From Macrostomum hystrix (taxonomy: Eukaryota > Animalia > Platyhelminthes), in NCBI GenBank assembly GCA_950097015.1, contig CATNEN010000029.1, forward strand, positions 4,836,001-4,900,000: DNA of 64,000 nucleotides. The letters run 5' to 3'. The translations under genes were made by a program, and so were the position numbers. Positions 1 through 11,843 of the stretch are shown one piece after another; the stretch's first letter is position 1, and every line of letters starts with the position of its first letter. The notes under the pieces are model-generated. The model saw only the letters and a list, made by a program, of their open reading frames with translations. It was not told the origin of the DNA and did no database searches.

Positions 1-2
1 GC

Positions 3-692
3 CCCCAGACACACCGTCATCGTGTTTGGATTCCAGCTCGCAGCGCCATCACCAACGCCGGAGAACTGCGCCGCCTGCTGTTGGCAATCCACCCGGATCT
101 GCCAGCAAACGGTGTCGTGGTTCATGAAACCATCACCAGACCTGGTGGAGACGGTTTCACGGCCATCCTAGGATTGTCGGACAGCTGGATGCTCCGCTGC
201 CCAGACATGTCCTACATCAGTGCAGGCCTCACTCGAATGCAGATTTTCAGCTTCGAGTCCGACGCCACTCGCCCGCCGCCCCCGGAAAAGCGGAAACGGA
301 CGAACCAGAGCTCTGCCGGGCCCCTGCGCCCTGGAACACAGACTCCTGATCGTCACGACCACTCCGAGGATGCGGACCCTATCAGGGGCAAAGCCGCGCG
401 AGCCGCAACGACAGGCGGACGTGGTAAGGGCCGGAAACCCGCCCGTAACACCATCCGTGCTGGCTTGACTCAGCGCGCCAGACAGCTGTCGGACCCCAAC
501 AGTGGACGCCACCGCAGCACCACCCGGCCCAATGTTTCATCGGAACCCCCAGCGGAAAACCGGGTTGAGGACACGGACGCCGCTGTTGCGGCAGCCCCGG
601 CCTCAACTCTGGATCCGATTCAGGAGGAACCGATGGAGCTCGGGCAAAACACCGGCGAGGACGAGGAATCGCTCCTGAACAACTCGCCGTAG
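3..692 (+). CDS. LINE ORF1 (gag-like), C-terminal part
   Basis: The frame is open from base 3 to TAG at 690-692 ([11 protein letters not shown]...[12 protein letters not shown]...). A basic, low-complexity C-terminus follows, directly upstream of ORF2. Confidence 0.75.
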   Translation, partial: PQTHRHRVWIPARSAITNAGELRRLLLAIHPDLPANGVVVHETITRPGGDGFTAILGLSDSWMLRCPDMSYISAGLTRMQIFSFESDATRPPPPEKRKRTNQSSAGPLRPGTQTPDRHDHSEDADPIRGKAARAATTGGRGKGRKPARNTIRAGLTQRARQLSDPNSGRHRSTTRPNVSSEPPAENRVEDTDAAVAAAPASTLDPIQEEPMELGQNTGEDEESLLNNSP

Positions 693-727
693 GCCAGCAG
701 ATAGCCGCACGGACCGCCCCTCCTGGG

Positions 728-3700
728 GTGAGCTTCCTGCAGCTGAACCTGCACCACTGCATCGCGGCCTCGACCAACCTGGCGCGTGTGGTGGACTTCG
801 AAAAACCGGGCATCATCCTCCTCCAAGAGCCCTGGACGAAGAAAGGTAAGATTCCGAACATTCCTGCTGGTTTTGACTGTTTTTTCATGCCCCAAAACCC
901 CAGGGCTGCTGTGTTCGCGACTACCGATCTAAAAGCTTGGTATAGACCAGACCTCTCTGACAAAGACCTCTGTGTCATCCAAACCAACCACATTCTCCCG
1001 AACCGCACCGTCATCATCGCCTCTATATACATTCCTGGCGACGGTCCTGCGGTTCCGCCCAGTCTCACTTCCCTCGTGGACTACTGCTCAGACCGCGACT
1101 TTGAGCTGCTGGTGGCAGGCGACATAAATGCCCACCACACCCACTGGGGCAGTGTTACCTCCAACTGCAGAGGCGAGGATCTCCTTGCCTACATCTGCAC
1201 CACCAATATTGAGTTCTGCAACTCGGGTGGCACACCCACCTTTGACAATGGACGATGGACGGAGGTCCTTGACGCCACCCTCGCCTCTCAGGGCCTGATC
1301 CCTCTGATTAGGAACTGGCAGGTGTGGGACGAAGAGGAATCTCTGTCTGACCATCGCTTCATTCGTTTCCGGTTGCTAAGCTCCTACTCCAAGCCTGGTA
1401 TTCTGTGGAAATGGAACGCCCGGAATACTGACTGGACGGCCTTTGCGGAATCCGTGAAGCGCCAGACCAACCAGTTAGAATCCGTTGTTCCTGCCACCTG
1501 TCAAGAAGTGGACGATCTGGCTGATCTACTCAGCATGACCATCTTGACAGCTCATGAAACCTCTTGCCCTCTTAAAGCCTACAAAGGCAAAAAATCCGCT
1601 CCCTGGTGGAACCCAGCGCTTGGAACCCTCCGGCGAAAGGCCAAATCCCTCCAGCGGATTGCGCGGAAAAGCAAGGACCAAGCTGACCTGACCGCCTACC
1701 AGAATGCGATTCGTGACTTTAAGCGTGACACCAGGAAAGCGAAGTCCGAAAAGTGGCGCCAATACTGCACCGAGCTGGAGGGCGCCCGCCCAACTTCTCG
1801 CGTTGTAAAAGCGCTCACTCTTGACAAAATGTCGAAGCTCTCAGTGATCAAAAGACCGGACGGCCGGCTTGCTGAGAATCCTGGCGAATCGCTGGACATC
1901 ATGCTCGCCAGCGCCTTCCCCCAGACTGCGCCGCTTCAGGACCCGCCGGACCACACTCCGGGTGGGCACATCCTTGCGACAACTATTATCACTAGAGAAC
2001 GGACAGCTCGCGCTGCTAACTCCTTCTCGCCTTTTAAGTCGCCTGGACCTGACAACATTTACCCCGCCTTCCTACATGAAGCGGTAAAAAATGACAGGTT
2101 CCTCGGCCTCCTTTGCAACCTGTTCAAGGCCTGTATCACCCTCGGGTACGTACCCAGGTCTTGGCAGGAAGCCACTATCGTCTTCATCCCCAAACCTGGG
2201 AAGGGAGACTACCACTCCGCCAAAGCCTTCCGCCCCATCAGCTTAACATCTTTCTTTCTTAAGCTGCTTGAAAGGCTTGTTCTTTGGCGCCTCCTTCACG
2301 TTGAGCTGAGGAACTCCCCGCTCTCCGCCAACCAGCACGCCTTTCGATCCGGACGTTCCATCGAAAGTGCTCTGCATGCCATCGTCGACAAGCTGGAGCG
2401 CGCCGTGCTTGGCACCGGTTTTGCTCTCTCGCTTTTCCTCGACATTGATGGTGCCTTCGACAATGTGCTCTTCGGAGCCTTTAGGCGAGCCCTGGAACGC
2501 CGGGCTACGCACGAGCACCTCACCCGCTGGATCATGTATATGATCTCTCACCGAACTGCCACCTCGCACCTGCTTGGACACTCCCGTTCTGTGAATGTCC
2601 AGAAGGGAGGCCCGCAGGGTGGCGTTCTCAGTCCGATCCTTTGGAACCTTGTCATGGACGAACTGCTCTGCAGCCCTGACCCGGACCCGGTCCAAAAAAT
2701 CGGCTATGCTGACGACGTCACCGCCACCGTGGCCGGACCGTCTCCCCCGGTCCTTAGAGACCTTCTGCAAGCTTTCATCCACCGTGCCGAACGCTGGGCC
2801 AATGGCTGCGGCCTCAAACTCTCTGAGTCCAAGACCGTCGCCATTATGTTCACCAGCAAACGAAACTGGAGGATTGAGCCTCTCCTTCTCTATGACAAAC
2901 CAATCGCCATGGAGAAGCAAACCAGATGCTTAGGTGTCATCCTCGACCACAGGTTGAGCTGGACACCTCACGTCAAATTCAAAACCCGTAAAGCTCTTGC
3001 GACGCTCGCGCAGATTCGCAGAGCCTTCGGCGCCACCTGGGGCCTCACCCCCCGCCGTCTCTGGTGGATTTACACTACCATTGTAAGACCGGCCATCTCT
3101 TTTGCCGGCTTCATTTGGAATAGTGCCCTGGAGACCAAAGGGGTCCTGGAGGCCCTAAACAAGGTGCAGGGCCGTGCTTGTCGAGCCATCATGAGTGCGG
3201 CACCCTCCACTCCCTTCGCTGGCATGAATGCCTTCCTGGACCTTCCCCCTTTAGATCTTTTTATCAAGGGGGAGGCGATGAAGACGGCTCGTCGTCTTCT
3301 GGACGCGGGTATCTCGATCCGGAAGCAACTTGCCTTCAGCAAGCGGAACCTCCAGCCCCATGGCGACCTCAGCCTACGGGACCTGGACGCAGCAGGAGGT
3401 CTCAAAATTCTCTCCGACGGAATCCCGTCGACGCTGTGCCCACCGCAAAAATTCAAAACCAGCATTCCGCCTCGACAGGAAGTACGTGACCACGGCCAAC
3501 CCCGTGAAATTCACTGCTTCACCGACGGATCGCAAATCAACTCGATCTCTGGTTTCGGCTACTGCATTATGTCCGGAGGGAAAACTTTGGCGACCTTCTC
3601 CCAGCACACCGGCATAAACTCTACCGTCTTCCAGAACGAAGTTCTCGCCATCAGCTCCTGCGCCCTGGAGCTGATCAACCAAAACGTCCATGGAGCGGAA

Positions 3701-4432
3701 ATCTTCCTCCACTCGGACAGCCAGGCGGCGATCCATGCCCTTGGACGCACGCACACCTGCTCGCGCACAGTCCTCGACTGCGTCGCGCAACTCAACCGCT
3801 TAGGGACCCACAACAAGGTGTCCCTAAGGTGGATTCCAGGGCACTCTGGCCACCCTGGTAACGAATTGGCCGACAGCCTCGCCAAGGCCGGTTCGACGGG
3901 CTCGCTTTTTGGCCCCGTGCCTGCGGTCTCCACCCCTACCGCCGTCGTCAACACTCGGATTAACCAGTGGGTGACCTCAAAGCACAAGGACAGATGGATC
4001 AACACCGCCGATTGTCGGCAGTCTCGCGCTGCTGTCCCTTGTCCCTCCACTGCCCTTCGCAAAGCCTTGCTTGGACTGAACCGCAAGGACATCAGGGCAG
4101 TCACCATGGCCCTCTCTGGCCATGGCTGTTTCGCCAGGCACCGCTTCCTGCAAGGCAAAATCCGCAGTGAGGAATGCCCCTTCTGCCTCTCCTATGTTGA
4201 GGATGCAGAGCATTTTATTTGCGACTGCCCCGCCTTCACTCAGGACCGGCTCACCTATCTCGGCCCAAACCCGGATCTCCCCGACGTTTTCAGGCCTGAG
4301 AACATCTGCCAGCTCGTCCGATACCTGAGGGCCACCGGGCGAGCAACCCTCCACCTCCTGGACACTCCGGAGGAGGACCGCGCTGCGGACGCCGGCACCA
4401 CCGGATCCCCCTGCGCGACACCGCAGCTCTAG
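728..4432 (+). CDS. LINE ORF2: AP endonuclease, reverse transcriptase, RNase H and C-terminal zinc knuckle (1234 aa, uninterrupted)
   Basis: APE motifs: LLQEP, GDINAH, SDH. RT motifs: [16 protein letters not shown]. RNase H motifs: FTDGS, NEVLAI, SDSQAA, WIPGH..GNELAD. Zinc knuckle: [14 protein letters not shown]. The first codon is GTG; there is no ATG at the domain start. Confidence 0.95.
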   Translation: MSFLQLNLHHCIAASTNLARVVDFEKPGIILLQEPWTKKGKIPNIPAGFDCFFMPQNPRAAVFATTDLKAWYRPDLSDKDLCVIQTNHILPNRTVIIASIYIPGDGPAVPPSLTSLVDYCSDRDFELLVAGDINAHHTHWGSVTSNCRGEDLLAYICTTNIEFCNSGGTPTFDNGRWTEVLDATLASQGLIPLIRNWQVWDEEESLSDHRFIRFRLLSSYSKPGILWKWNARNTDWTAFAESVKRQTNQLESVVPATCQEVDDLADLLSMTILTAHETSCPLKAYKGKKSAPWWNPALGTLRRKAKSLQRIARKSKDQADLTAYQNAIRDFKRDTRKAKSEKWRQYCTELEGARPTSRVVKALTLDKMSKLSVIKRPDGRLAENPGESLDIMLASAFPQTAPLQDPPDHTPGGHILATTIITRERTARAANSFSPFKSPGPDNIYPAFLHEAVKNDRFLGLLCNLFKACITLGYVPRSWQEATIVFIPKPGKGDYHSAKAFRPISLTSFFLKLLERLVLWRLLHVELRNSPLSANQHAFRSGRSIESALHAIVDKLERAVLGTGFALSLFLDIDGAFDNVLFGAFRRALERRATHEHLTRWIMYMISHRTATSHLLGHSRSVNVQKGGPQGGVLSPILWNLVMDELLCSPDPDPVQKIGYADDVTATVAGPSPPVLRDLLQAFIHRAERWANGCGLKLSESKTVAIMFTSKRNWRIEPLLLYDKPIAMEKQTRCLGVILDHRLSWTPHVKFKTRKALATLAQIRRAFGATWGLTPRRLWWIYTTIVRPAISFAGFIWNSALETKGVLEALNKVQGRACRAIMSAAPSTPFAGMNAFLDLPPLDLFIKGEAMKTARRLLDAGISIRKQLAFSKRNLQPHGDLSLRDLDAAGGLKILSDGIPSTLCPPQKFKTSIPPRQEVRDHGQPREIHCFTDGSQINSISGFGYCIMSGGKTLATFSQHTGINSTVFQNEVLAISSCALELINQNVHGAEIFLHSDSQAAIHALGRTHTCSRTVLDCVAQLNRLGTHNKVSLRWIPGHSGHPGNELADSLAKAGSTGSLFGPVPAVSTPTAVVNTRINQWVTSKHKDRWINTADCRQSRAAVPCPSTALRKALLGLNRKDIRAVTMALSGHGCFARHRFLQGKIRSEECPFCLSYVEDAEHFICDCPAFTQDRLTYLGPNPDLPDVFRPENICQLVRYLRATGRATLHLLDTPEEDRAADAGTTGSPCATPQL

Positions 4433-4599
4433 TTGCCCGTGGTCGCCAGGGGCTAGCGGAATGGGCGGCAACGCCTCCCCGCTGCATCCGGAAGATGCCC
4501 CCTGCAGCTAAGTCAAGTAAGTCAAGGACGGAATGCATCTCTTTTCGCGTACCTTGTCCGTAAGATTTTTTACTTTTCTTTCGTCTTCTTATCACACAG

Positions 4600-4965
4600 C
4601 TTTGTGTGCCGTGAGTTCTCAGACCAGGTCCAGGCTCTTTCTCTATACCTGTTTGGTGACAGTAGACCCGCAGCTATAGCAAGCTGACAATTCTACCCAT
4701 TCCGCTCATTCCTGAGCACATACATACACATATATCACGTTAGCAAGCACACACTCACGAAGAGGTGCATATCTGCCCTGAATTTTTTTGGTCAGGTAGT
4801 TTAACTCTATATGTGACTTGGAGGTTGGCCCTCAAGGTCGTAAATTGCACAGCAAGCCCCGAGCCTTTTCCTCGCGGCTGCACTACAAATGAATGTGGCC
4901 TCGCCGCTGAATCGAGCTCAGGGACCTTGTCGCAAGAGGCCAACATCCAAAACTCGGGGCTTGAT
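4600..4965 (-). mobile_element. tRNA-derived SINE, family A (diverged copy)
   Basis: The reverse complement aligns by eye with 24469-24840 (ggtccct..tcgatt..ggcgaggccacatt...gtgcaatttacg.ccttgagggccaacctccaag...gctgcgggtcta.tgtcaccaaa). Ends are approximate. Confidence 0.7.
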
Positions 4966-5967
4966 GTGTAGTGCACAACCTTGAGGGTCAACCTTCATGG
5001 TGACACGGAAGGATGGTGACACGGACGTATTAGCTCCGAGGTCTCTAACTATTTTGATATACACTCGTAGATAGCTAAATCTTGAACACTGCAAGTCTAG
5101 GTCGTGATTTTTTAACCTGATAATAAACAATGAATGTTTATTCTAGATCTAGATCTACACCTAGCCCAGTTGTGCCATACTACTACCAGTGGCACAGTCA
5201 CAGCTTCCAAGGGCTGTGTACAGACGTCCTGTACATGGACTGAGCAGACAGCTATAAACGATGCTAGAATTTCAAACTAAGCTGCAATTAATATGCAATG
5301 GAGTTAGTACATCTCAAACCCCTTGAGCATAAAACTGAGTGTCAGATGCTAGTCAGATGCAAGAGCTTTTAAACAGGTACACTTTGCGACCCTTCTTTAA
5401 ATGGGTCAATTTAACAAGTCACAGCAAAGTCAATGGTGCTTCGATCTGCATATGATCGTGATTAGGGCGGTTCCTCAATGACACTGGCAGTTGTTAGTAA
5501 GAAAACCATATTTTCGCTGAAGCTGCTATAACAAAAAAGGATACCTTCACAAATCTGATTGATTTGAAGGATATTTAAAGCTATGAAGTGGAAAAATTAA
5601 CCGAATAATATTATTTTGGGTACCTGAAATCTTCGAGGGCTGAGTATATAAAGCGCGAATCTAGAGTCAGAAAGAAGCTTATTAAAAGGATTTCGGGAAA
5701 TAAGAGAGAGATACATTGTGCAATGCAACGATACAATAGTTCCATTTAAGCTTAGAAGCGATCGCGTGTTACAAAAAGTATATGTAATAAAAGCCGACAA
5801 CAAATACATTTAGGCTAGGAGGCGAGCACACAACAGAGCAAGATCAACCTGGACTGCTCTGTAATATTGAAATAGTTTCACGCGAACTAAAACTAAGCAG
5901 TGAGCATCGGGTCAGACGCCTTCAGCCGTGGCCTTCTGACTATCTGTTTCATCTGTTCTCGCATAAT

Positions 5968-6549
5968 TCACAACACATCGCATCCAATGCCCTTCCTGCC
6001 ACCCTTTGGCTTGGGACACATCACAGCCTGAATAGCCTCATCGAACACATTTTTCAGGCCCTTCTGAGTCAGAGCCGAGCACTCCAGGTACTTGACTGCG
6101 TTGATCTCCTTGGCCATCGTCATGCCCTGCAGGTGCGTGATCGGGGCCAAATACCTCGCCTTCAGCTTGTCAATCGTGTCCTGATCGTCGCGAAGGTCCA
6201 GCTTGGTGCCCACCAACACGATCGGGGTGTTCGGGCAGTGATGGCTCACTTCGGGGTACCACTTAGATCGCACATTCTCATAACTTGTAGGGCTGATCAG
6301 GGAGAAGCAGACGAGGAACACATTTGTTTGCGGGTAGCTCAACGGCCTGAGTCGGTCGTAGTCCTCCTGGCCAGCCGTGTCCCACAGGCCCAGGTTGATG
6401 GGCTTGCCGTCCACCATGACATTGGCGGAGTAGTTATCAAACACTGTGGGAATGTACTCGCTCGGGAAGGCGTTGGTAGTGTAGGAGATGAGCAGGCAGG
6501 TCTTGCCGACGGCTCCGTCGCCAACCACAACACACTTGATGGTTTGCAT
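5968..6549 (-). CDS. Rac1: Rac-family small GTPase A (193 aa, intronless)
   Basis: [69 protein letters not shown], polybasic tail and CAAX box CDVL. The ATG is at 6549; the ORF track's GTG start at 6558 overlaps a splice-acceptor AG. Confidence 0.95.
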   Translation of the reverse strand: MQTIKCVVVGDGAVGKTCLLISYTTNAFPSEYIPTVFDNYSANVMVDGKPINLGLWDTAGQEDYDRLRPLSYPQTNVFLVCFSLISPTSYENVRSKWYPEVSHHCPNTPIVLVGTKLDLRDDQDTIDKLKARYLAPITHLQGMTMAKEINAVKYLECSALTQKGLKNVFDEAIQAVMCPKPKGGRKGIGCDVL

Positions 6550-7273
6550 GTCAGTCACTAGAATCTGAGTATGTGCAGCTTAGGCGAATGCAAATAGGCT
6601 CGGCAAGAAGCTAAACTTGCATCTGGCCTTGAAATACATGTGCAGCGAATGATATCTGGCGATAAGCAAAGCGAATGTTTACAGATTAATATTGGTGCTG
6701 CTAAGCCTTTAAGGCGCATCTTGGCGCTAATTGTGTAGAGTGCCAATCAGTTATTATCAACTGGCACTGCAGTTAATAACCTGTGCATTTGTGCAGCCTT
6801 GGACCTAAATTTGTATTTGCAGCATCCTCTGTTCTGAACGCGTGTGCATCCTCTTTGGAACGCTGTTACCCTGATAAGAGCATGGCCGCTTTTGACTGCC
6901 TTAACTGGCTAACAAGCCTGCTTAAACATGAAGCTTTCAGTGCCTTGAAAGTAAGTCGGTACAAACTATTTTGTCTCTTTGGTTCTTAAAATAGTTGTGA
7001 CAAATGTGTCAAACTGTTACTCTGTGAGCCTAGGAATGGTTTGATAATTATTTCCTGGTTATTACCAGAATCTTGAGAATCTTGCTGGCTTTGCTTTCCG
7101 AGAGTTTGACATACTCCGGTAATTTAAAGCATCATTTTTATAATATGACTATGGCCCAACTTCTGCCGGGAATTTTAACCCTGATATGCAAAACGGACTC
7201 ATGCTGTTCACCTTTTTATTTCGAAAGCTTCGTTTTCAATCCGCGGATTTCTGTCACCCCAAGTTGTCACAAA

Positions 7274-7842
7274 ATGTCGAGCTATTCCTTGGATCTCAAG
7301 AAGCGTGTCGCTACCGACTTGACTTCTAGATTGAGCGTCTTGAGAAGGTGATTGCCCTAGGAGGTTCTCCAATCGTGGATTAAATCGAGTCTGGCGTGCA
7401 GAGCCGCTTGTTGGAACCATTTGAGCAGCACATGGCAGCAAGTGGGCCAGGTGATTGATTCGAGGAAGTCTGACGATCTTGAACTCTGTTAGAAAAAGCG
7501 ACCGCTTCTTTAAATTAAGTTGCACTTTTGTTGCTCAATGCCCGCGTTCCGTTTCTCTTGTTCGCATTTTAGAACAAATTTGTTTTTACGTGATTAAATG
7601 GAACACGAGCTTGAAATTTCGCGATTCACGTCGTCTACCCTTAATTAAGCCATTATCACCTTTCCAGGTGAAAAAAGACCGACCTGTTGCATTGGCCACT
7701 TTGCTGAAAAACGAGCTACGACCATTTTTTGCATTGAGTTGCGATGTGAAAATTCATGGATTTGGGACCAACACGTGCATATTTATCAGTCCTTCTCTGC
7801 AACGCATGCAAGTGTCTGGATACTTTTTGCGCACCCGGTATA
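7274..7842 (+). mobile_element. Possible Tc1/mariner-like relic
   Basis: ATG 7274 reads MSSYSLDLKKRV, resembling IS630/Tc1/mariner transposase N-termini. tactttttgcgcacccgg-TATA at 7821-7842 resembles a right TIR end. No matching left TIR and no DDE core were found. Confidence 0.3.
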
Positions 7843-8239
7843 ACCTCAGATGCGATAGTTCTTTGTTAGAAAGTCTATATTCGCCACCAACAACTATCTT
7901 TATCATAAAAGTGGTCAAAATAACCAATTTAAAGTCATATTCACGCTAACGAACTGAAGGTATACCAATACAGAGATTAGCAGATTTCTAGAAAGACTGA
8001 TAAACGATCACATTGCTGTAGTAGATGCTAAATGAATTAATATACTACTAATTTCACGTCCCTATAAAACAGCAGAATAAAAATCTACGAGTAATTACAC
8101 AATGGCACAAGACGACAGGGAAACCACTGAAGCACTAGCAAAGCACATCATAGAAATATCTAAATTAAGGGAACACCCAGCTGCCCTGAAGCAACAAACA
8201 TTTAAATAATTATCTTAATTATTAGATTTTATTATCCCG

Positions 8240-8901
8240 ACTTACTTGACTTAGCGGCAGGGAGCCTCCGTGACGGACGCAGCGAGGAGGCGGCCGATGC
8301 CGCCCATATCGCTAACCCCTGGCAGCCAGACGGCCTCCAGCGAGGCGGTGCCGCTCAGGGTGGTCCGTCGGTCGATTCCGCCGCGTGATCTTCCTCGCCA
8401 TGGGCTGGGAAGAACTCAGCTCGGCCGGTATCCCGGAGGAAGTGGGCGAATTGTGGAATGTTATCGGGCGAGCAGGCTTCGACAAGGGTCGGTGCCGGCC
8501 CGAGATGTTTTAGCCTAGCCCGGGTGAAGGCCGGGCAGTGGCAGATGAAATGCTCGGCGTTTTCACGTCCGGAGCAGCAGAAAGGACACATTTCCTCAGG
8601 CACGTGGCCGTGGCCGAGAGGGCCATGGTGACTGCTCTCAGGTCTCTGCGATTTAGCCTAAGCAAGGCTTTACGCAGATTACTAGAGGGGGTTGGCACTG
8701 CAGCCCTGGACTGGCGACAGTTCAGGGTGCTAGACCACCTCGTCCGGTGTTGGGTCTCCATCCAGCGGTTGATGTTGGAGTTGACCACAGAGTAGGGAAT
8801 CGGGGCCTCCGGGCCCGGGCCCATCAGGGAGCTGGCTGCGCCAGCCTTAGCAAGCTGGTCCGCCATCTCATTCCCTGTGAACCCGGCATGCCCAGGGATT
8901 A
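8240..8901 (-). mobile_element. 5'-truncated copy of a LINE related to the 1-4526 element, with an 11-bp TSD
   Basis: Encodes (W)[18 protein letters not shown]...[17 protein letters not shown] and has the same 3' UTR and ctaagtcaagtaagtc tail. TTATTATCCCG flanks it at 8229-8239 and 8902-8912. Confidence 0.92.
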
Positions 8902-9682
8902 TTATTATCCCGTAGTCCCTTACGTTTTTTACTCTTACTTATATTTTTAACTCCTATGCGCCTCCCTTACCGATAAAAAAATTATATTTTTACCACACTT
9001 AGATTTATTCATTTTTTTGTTTGTCGAAATCAGCACCCATAGATGGCGTGCGCGTTTAGTTAATAATAATAATAATAATATATATAATTAAGATTTCTGT
9101 TTCAAAGCATTATATGAAAATCAAATACTACGTTCGTATTAAAAGAATCTTGCTTAGAGAATTAGACATTTTTACGTCGATTTTTCCGAGTAAATGTTTA
9201 CAGAACATTTTCACTTGCATCATCAAATGAAGAGAAAAAATTAATATTCCCACTGGTAAATGATCGATTTGCTGAGAATTTAATAACTTTTAACAACGAA
9301 ATCTGAGAATACTTTCCAAACTATACGTAGCAAAGATATAGGAAGCCAAACCATTGTCTTCAGTGGAGACAGGGTTCCATTATCATAGGAGTGGAAAACT
9401 GCAAGTGTGTACAATTGGCTGAAATTTGAAATTTTAATGTACGAGTTAGGACAAAGCTGGGACACGAGAATTTACACGTTAAATGAAATACTGCAGGATC
9501 CTACCTGTTCACTAACAACAACAAAAATGGTATGCCAGGCAGTACTTATTGCGCTTGAATAAATTGAAAAATAATTGAAAAATTCAATTGAAAAAAACTT
9601 CGAAAGGGGAAATTGTTGGAGCAAAATAAGGAACAGAAGCCCTATTTCCACAGAGAGTCCCCGACCTTGCTTGATTTATTGT

Positions 9683-10264
9683 TTATAGCAGCTCGCATTG
9701 TATGCGGCTCTTTTTAGTTTTAGGCCTTGGGCTGAGCACAGCGCGGATGGCTTCGTCAAACACGTTCTTCAGGCCCTTCTGAGTCTTGGCGGAGCACTCC
9801 AAGTACTTTACTGCATCGATCTCCTTGGCCATCGTCAAGCCCTGCAATTGCGTGATCGGAGCCATTTTTTTCTCCTTAAGCTTGTCGATAGTTTCTTGGT
9901 CGTCGCGAAGGTCCAGCTTGGTGCCGATCAGCACAATGGGCTTGTTTGGACAATGGTGCTTTACTTCCGGGTACCACCTGGTGCGCACATTCTCAAAACT
10001 TGTAGGGCTGATTAGGGAGAAGCAGATGATGAACACATCCGTCTCCGGGTAGCTCAGCGGTCTGAGCCGGTCGTAGTCCTCCTGACCAGCCGTGTCCCAA
10101 AGGCCCAAGTTGATCTGCTTGTTGTCAACCATGATGTTTGCGGAGTAGTTGTCAAACACCGTTGGAATGTACTCGTTCGGGAAGGCGTTAGTTGTGTATG
10201 AGATGAGCAGGCAGGTCTTGCCAACAGCGCCATCTCCGACAACGACGCACTTGATGGCCTGCAT
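9683..10264 (-). CDS. Rac1: Rac-family small GTPase B (193 aa, intronless)
   Basis: [49 protein letters not shown], polybasic tail and CAAX box CELL. The ATG at 10264 is preceded by cttacag|gct. Confidence 0.95.
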   Translation of the reverse strand: MQAIKCVVVGDGAVGKTCLLISYTTNAFPNEYIPTVFDNYSANIMVDNKQINLGLWDTAGQEDYDRLRPLSYPETDVFIICFSLISPTSFENVRTRWYPEVKHHCPNKPIVLIGTKLDLRDDQETIDKLKEKKMAPITQLQGLTMAKEIDAVKYLECSAKTQKGLKNVFDEAIRAVLSPRPKTKKSRIQCELL

Positions 10265-11261
10265 AGCCTGTAAGATATAATCAGATTTTTGTCTTGTCTC
10301 AATCTTTGAGTTGCCTTGACGTTGTTTATGCGGCTGGTTTATCAACTAGCTCGATAGCTGAGCAGAAAGAGGGAAGGAGAGAGGTAGGCAAGTTTCAGTT
10401 TGTGCGCCATGCTAAAAATAGACTTTGGCGAAACACAATACCAAATTTTAGGAAAGGTTTTATCGTCGGTACAGAAAATTGAGTCTGCATTGCTATGAGA
10501 CAACGAAGGATAGTAAAGAAGAGACAGGGAAACACTAGGCATATTAACAGGCTCGGGTTGGTTATTGAAGTGACGTAAATTGCATCGACCGTGAATTTGG
10601 AAGTTCAAGGAGCTCGGGGCATGAAAATTTTAGCATATTTCGTCGATGCCTGCAGGTTTGATTTCGCATTTAAATGCAGAGTGTAAATTAGCTTTTCGGG
10701 ACAAATTATCTGGAACTTCGCTCTTAAGCCTGCAAGTCCTTGGTTACCTATTTTTTTGTTAGAAAAATCTCTCTAAATATTTAGGGAAACACTAGCTGTC
10801 CGATAAAGTACTGCAATTTTTGTGAAATTTGTAACTTGTATCAGAAAATGGTATCAGTAAGTACATGATCATTGGGGAATTTCAGGCATGCCTTTACATG
10901 GCTTTTCCGGTGTAGTTGAAGTTTATTTAATGTGGAAATATTTCCTATAATTGCAGAAATGGTTGATGATGATGCTACACTAAGCACTCTGTAGCGATTT
11001 AAAGCACAGCAACTAAGAAAACAACACACGAATACAGAGAGAGAAAGAGAGAGAGAGAGAAAAGTGACATTGTGACAGCATTAATTTGTGGTCTTTGAAA
11101 AGCGCACGCAGTGTGCAATGAGTTTAAAGTTAAAAATAGACGATTTCGAAAGACAAGAAGCCTATATAATGGTTGGCATTGGCACAGCTTTGCAGCTAGT
11201 GTATAAAACTACTATCAGAAACATAGTTTGGGTACGCGCATTACAGAAAAGAAAGCAGAAA

Positions 11262-11843
11262 ATGCAGTCAGTAAAGTGTGTTTTCATTGGCGACGGAACA
11301 GTCGGCAAGACCTGCCTACTCATCTCGTATGTTGAGAACTCATTTCCCAGCCAGTACGTGCCAACGGTGTTCGACCACTACTCCGCTGTGGTAGTTGCTA
11401 ACGACCGGCCGATCAACTTGGGCCTATGGGACACAGCGGGGCAGGAAGACTACGATAGGCTGAGGCCGCTTAGCTACCCAGAGACGGATGTATTCATTAT
11501 ATGCTTCTCTCTCGTGAGCCCAACAAGCTATGAAAATGTTCGCACGAAGTGGTATCCGGAGGTGAGCCATCACTGCCCGCACGCTCCGATTGTTCTGGTT
11601 GGAACTAAGCTGGATCTGCGCGATGACAAAGAAACTATCAGCAAGCTGAAGGAAAAGAAGTTAGCTCCCATCACTCACCTACAGGGAATGACAATGGCCA
11701 AGGAGATCAACGCAGTGAAGTACCTCGAGTGTTCTGCCCTGACGCAGAAAGGCCTGAAAAATGTGTTTGACGAGTCAATCCGAGCCGTGCTGATGCCCTC
11801 AAGGAAGCCTGTCAGACCAAACTTTCATTGTCAACTTCTTTGA
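11262..11843 (+). CDS. Divergent Rac-family small GTPase C (193 aa, intronless)
   Basis: [43 protein letters not shown] and CAAX box CQLL. The ATG is at 11262. It sits head-to-head with Rac B. Confidence 0.93.
   Translation: MQSVKCVFIGDGTVGKTCLLISYVENSFPSQYVPTVFDHYSAVVVANDRPINLGLWDTAGQEDYDRLRPLSYPETDVFIICFSLVSPTSYENVRTKWYPEVSHHCPHAPIVLVGTKLDLRDDKETISKLKEKKLAPITHLQGMTMAKEINAVKYLECSALTQKGLKNVFDESIRAVLMPSRKPVRPNFHCQLL

Larger units (their letters stand above)
1..4526 (+). mobile_element. Non-LTR retrotransposon, I-group (Loa/Lian-like): ORF1 end, ORF2, 3' UTR and tail; 5' end lies outside the window
   Basis: ORF2 domain order is APE, RT, RNase H, CCHC. It is followed by a GC-rich 3' UTR (4433-4508) and a (TAAGTCAAG)x2 tail at 4509-4526. 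The same tail ends the related copy at 8240-8901. Confidence 0.92.

Noticed and set aside
4433-4526. HDV-like ribozyme suggested by GCTAAG after a hairpin
   Set aside because: There is no upstream P2 partner for the bases after CTAA in either copy, and the P1/P3 nesting could not be built.
10265-11261. N-terminal extensions of Rac B (220 aa) and Rac C (251 aa) in the ORF track
   Set aside because: They rely on TTG/GTG starts in AT-rich sequence upstream of splice-acceptor-like sites; the MQxxKC ATGs give canonical Rac lengths.
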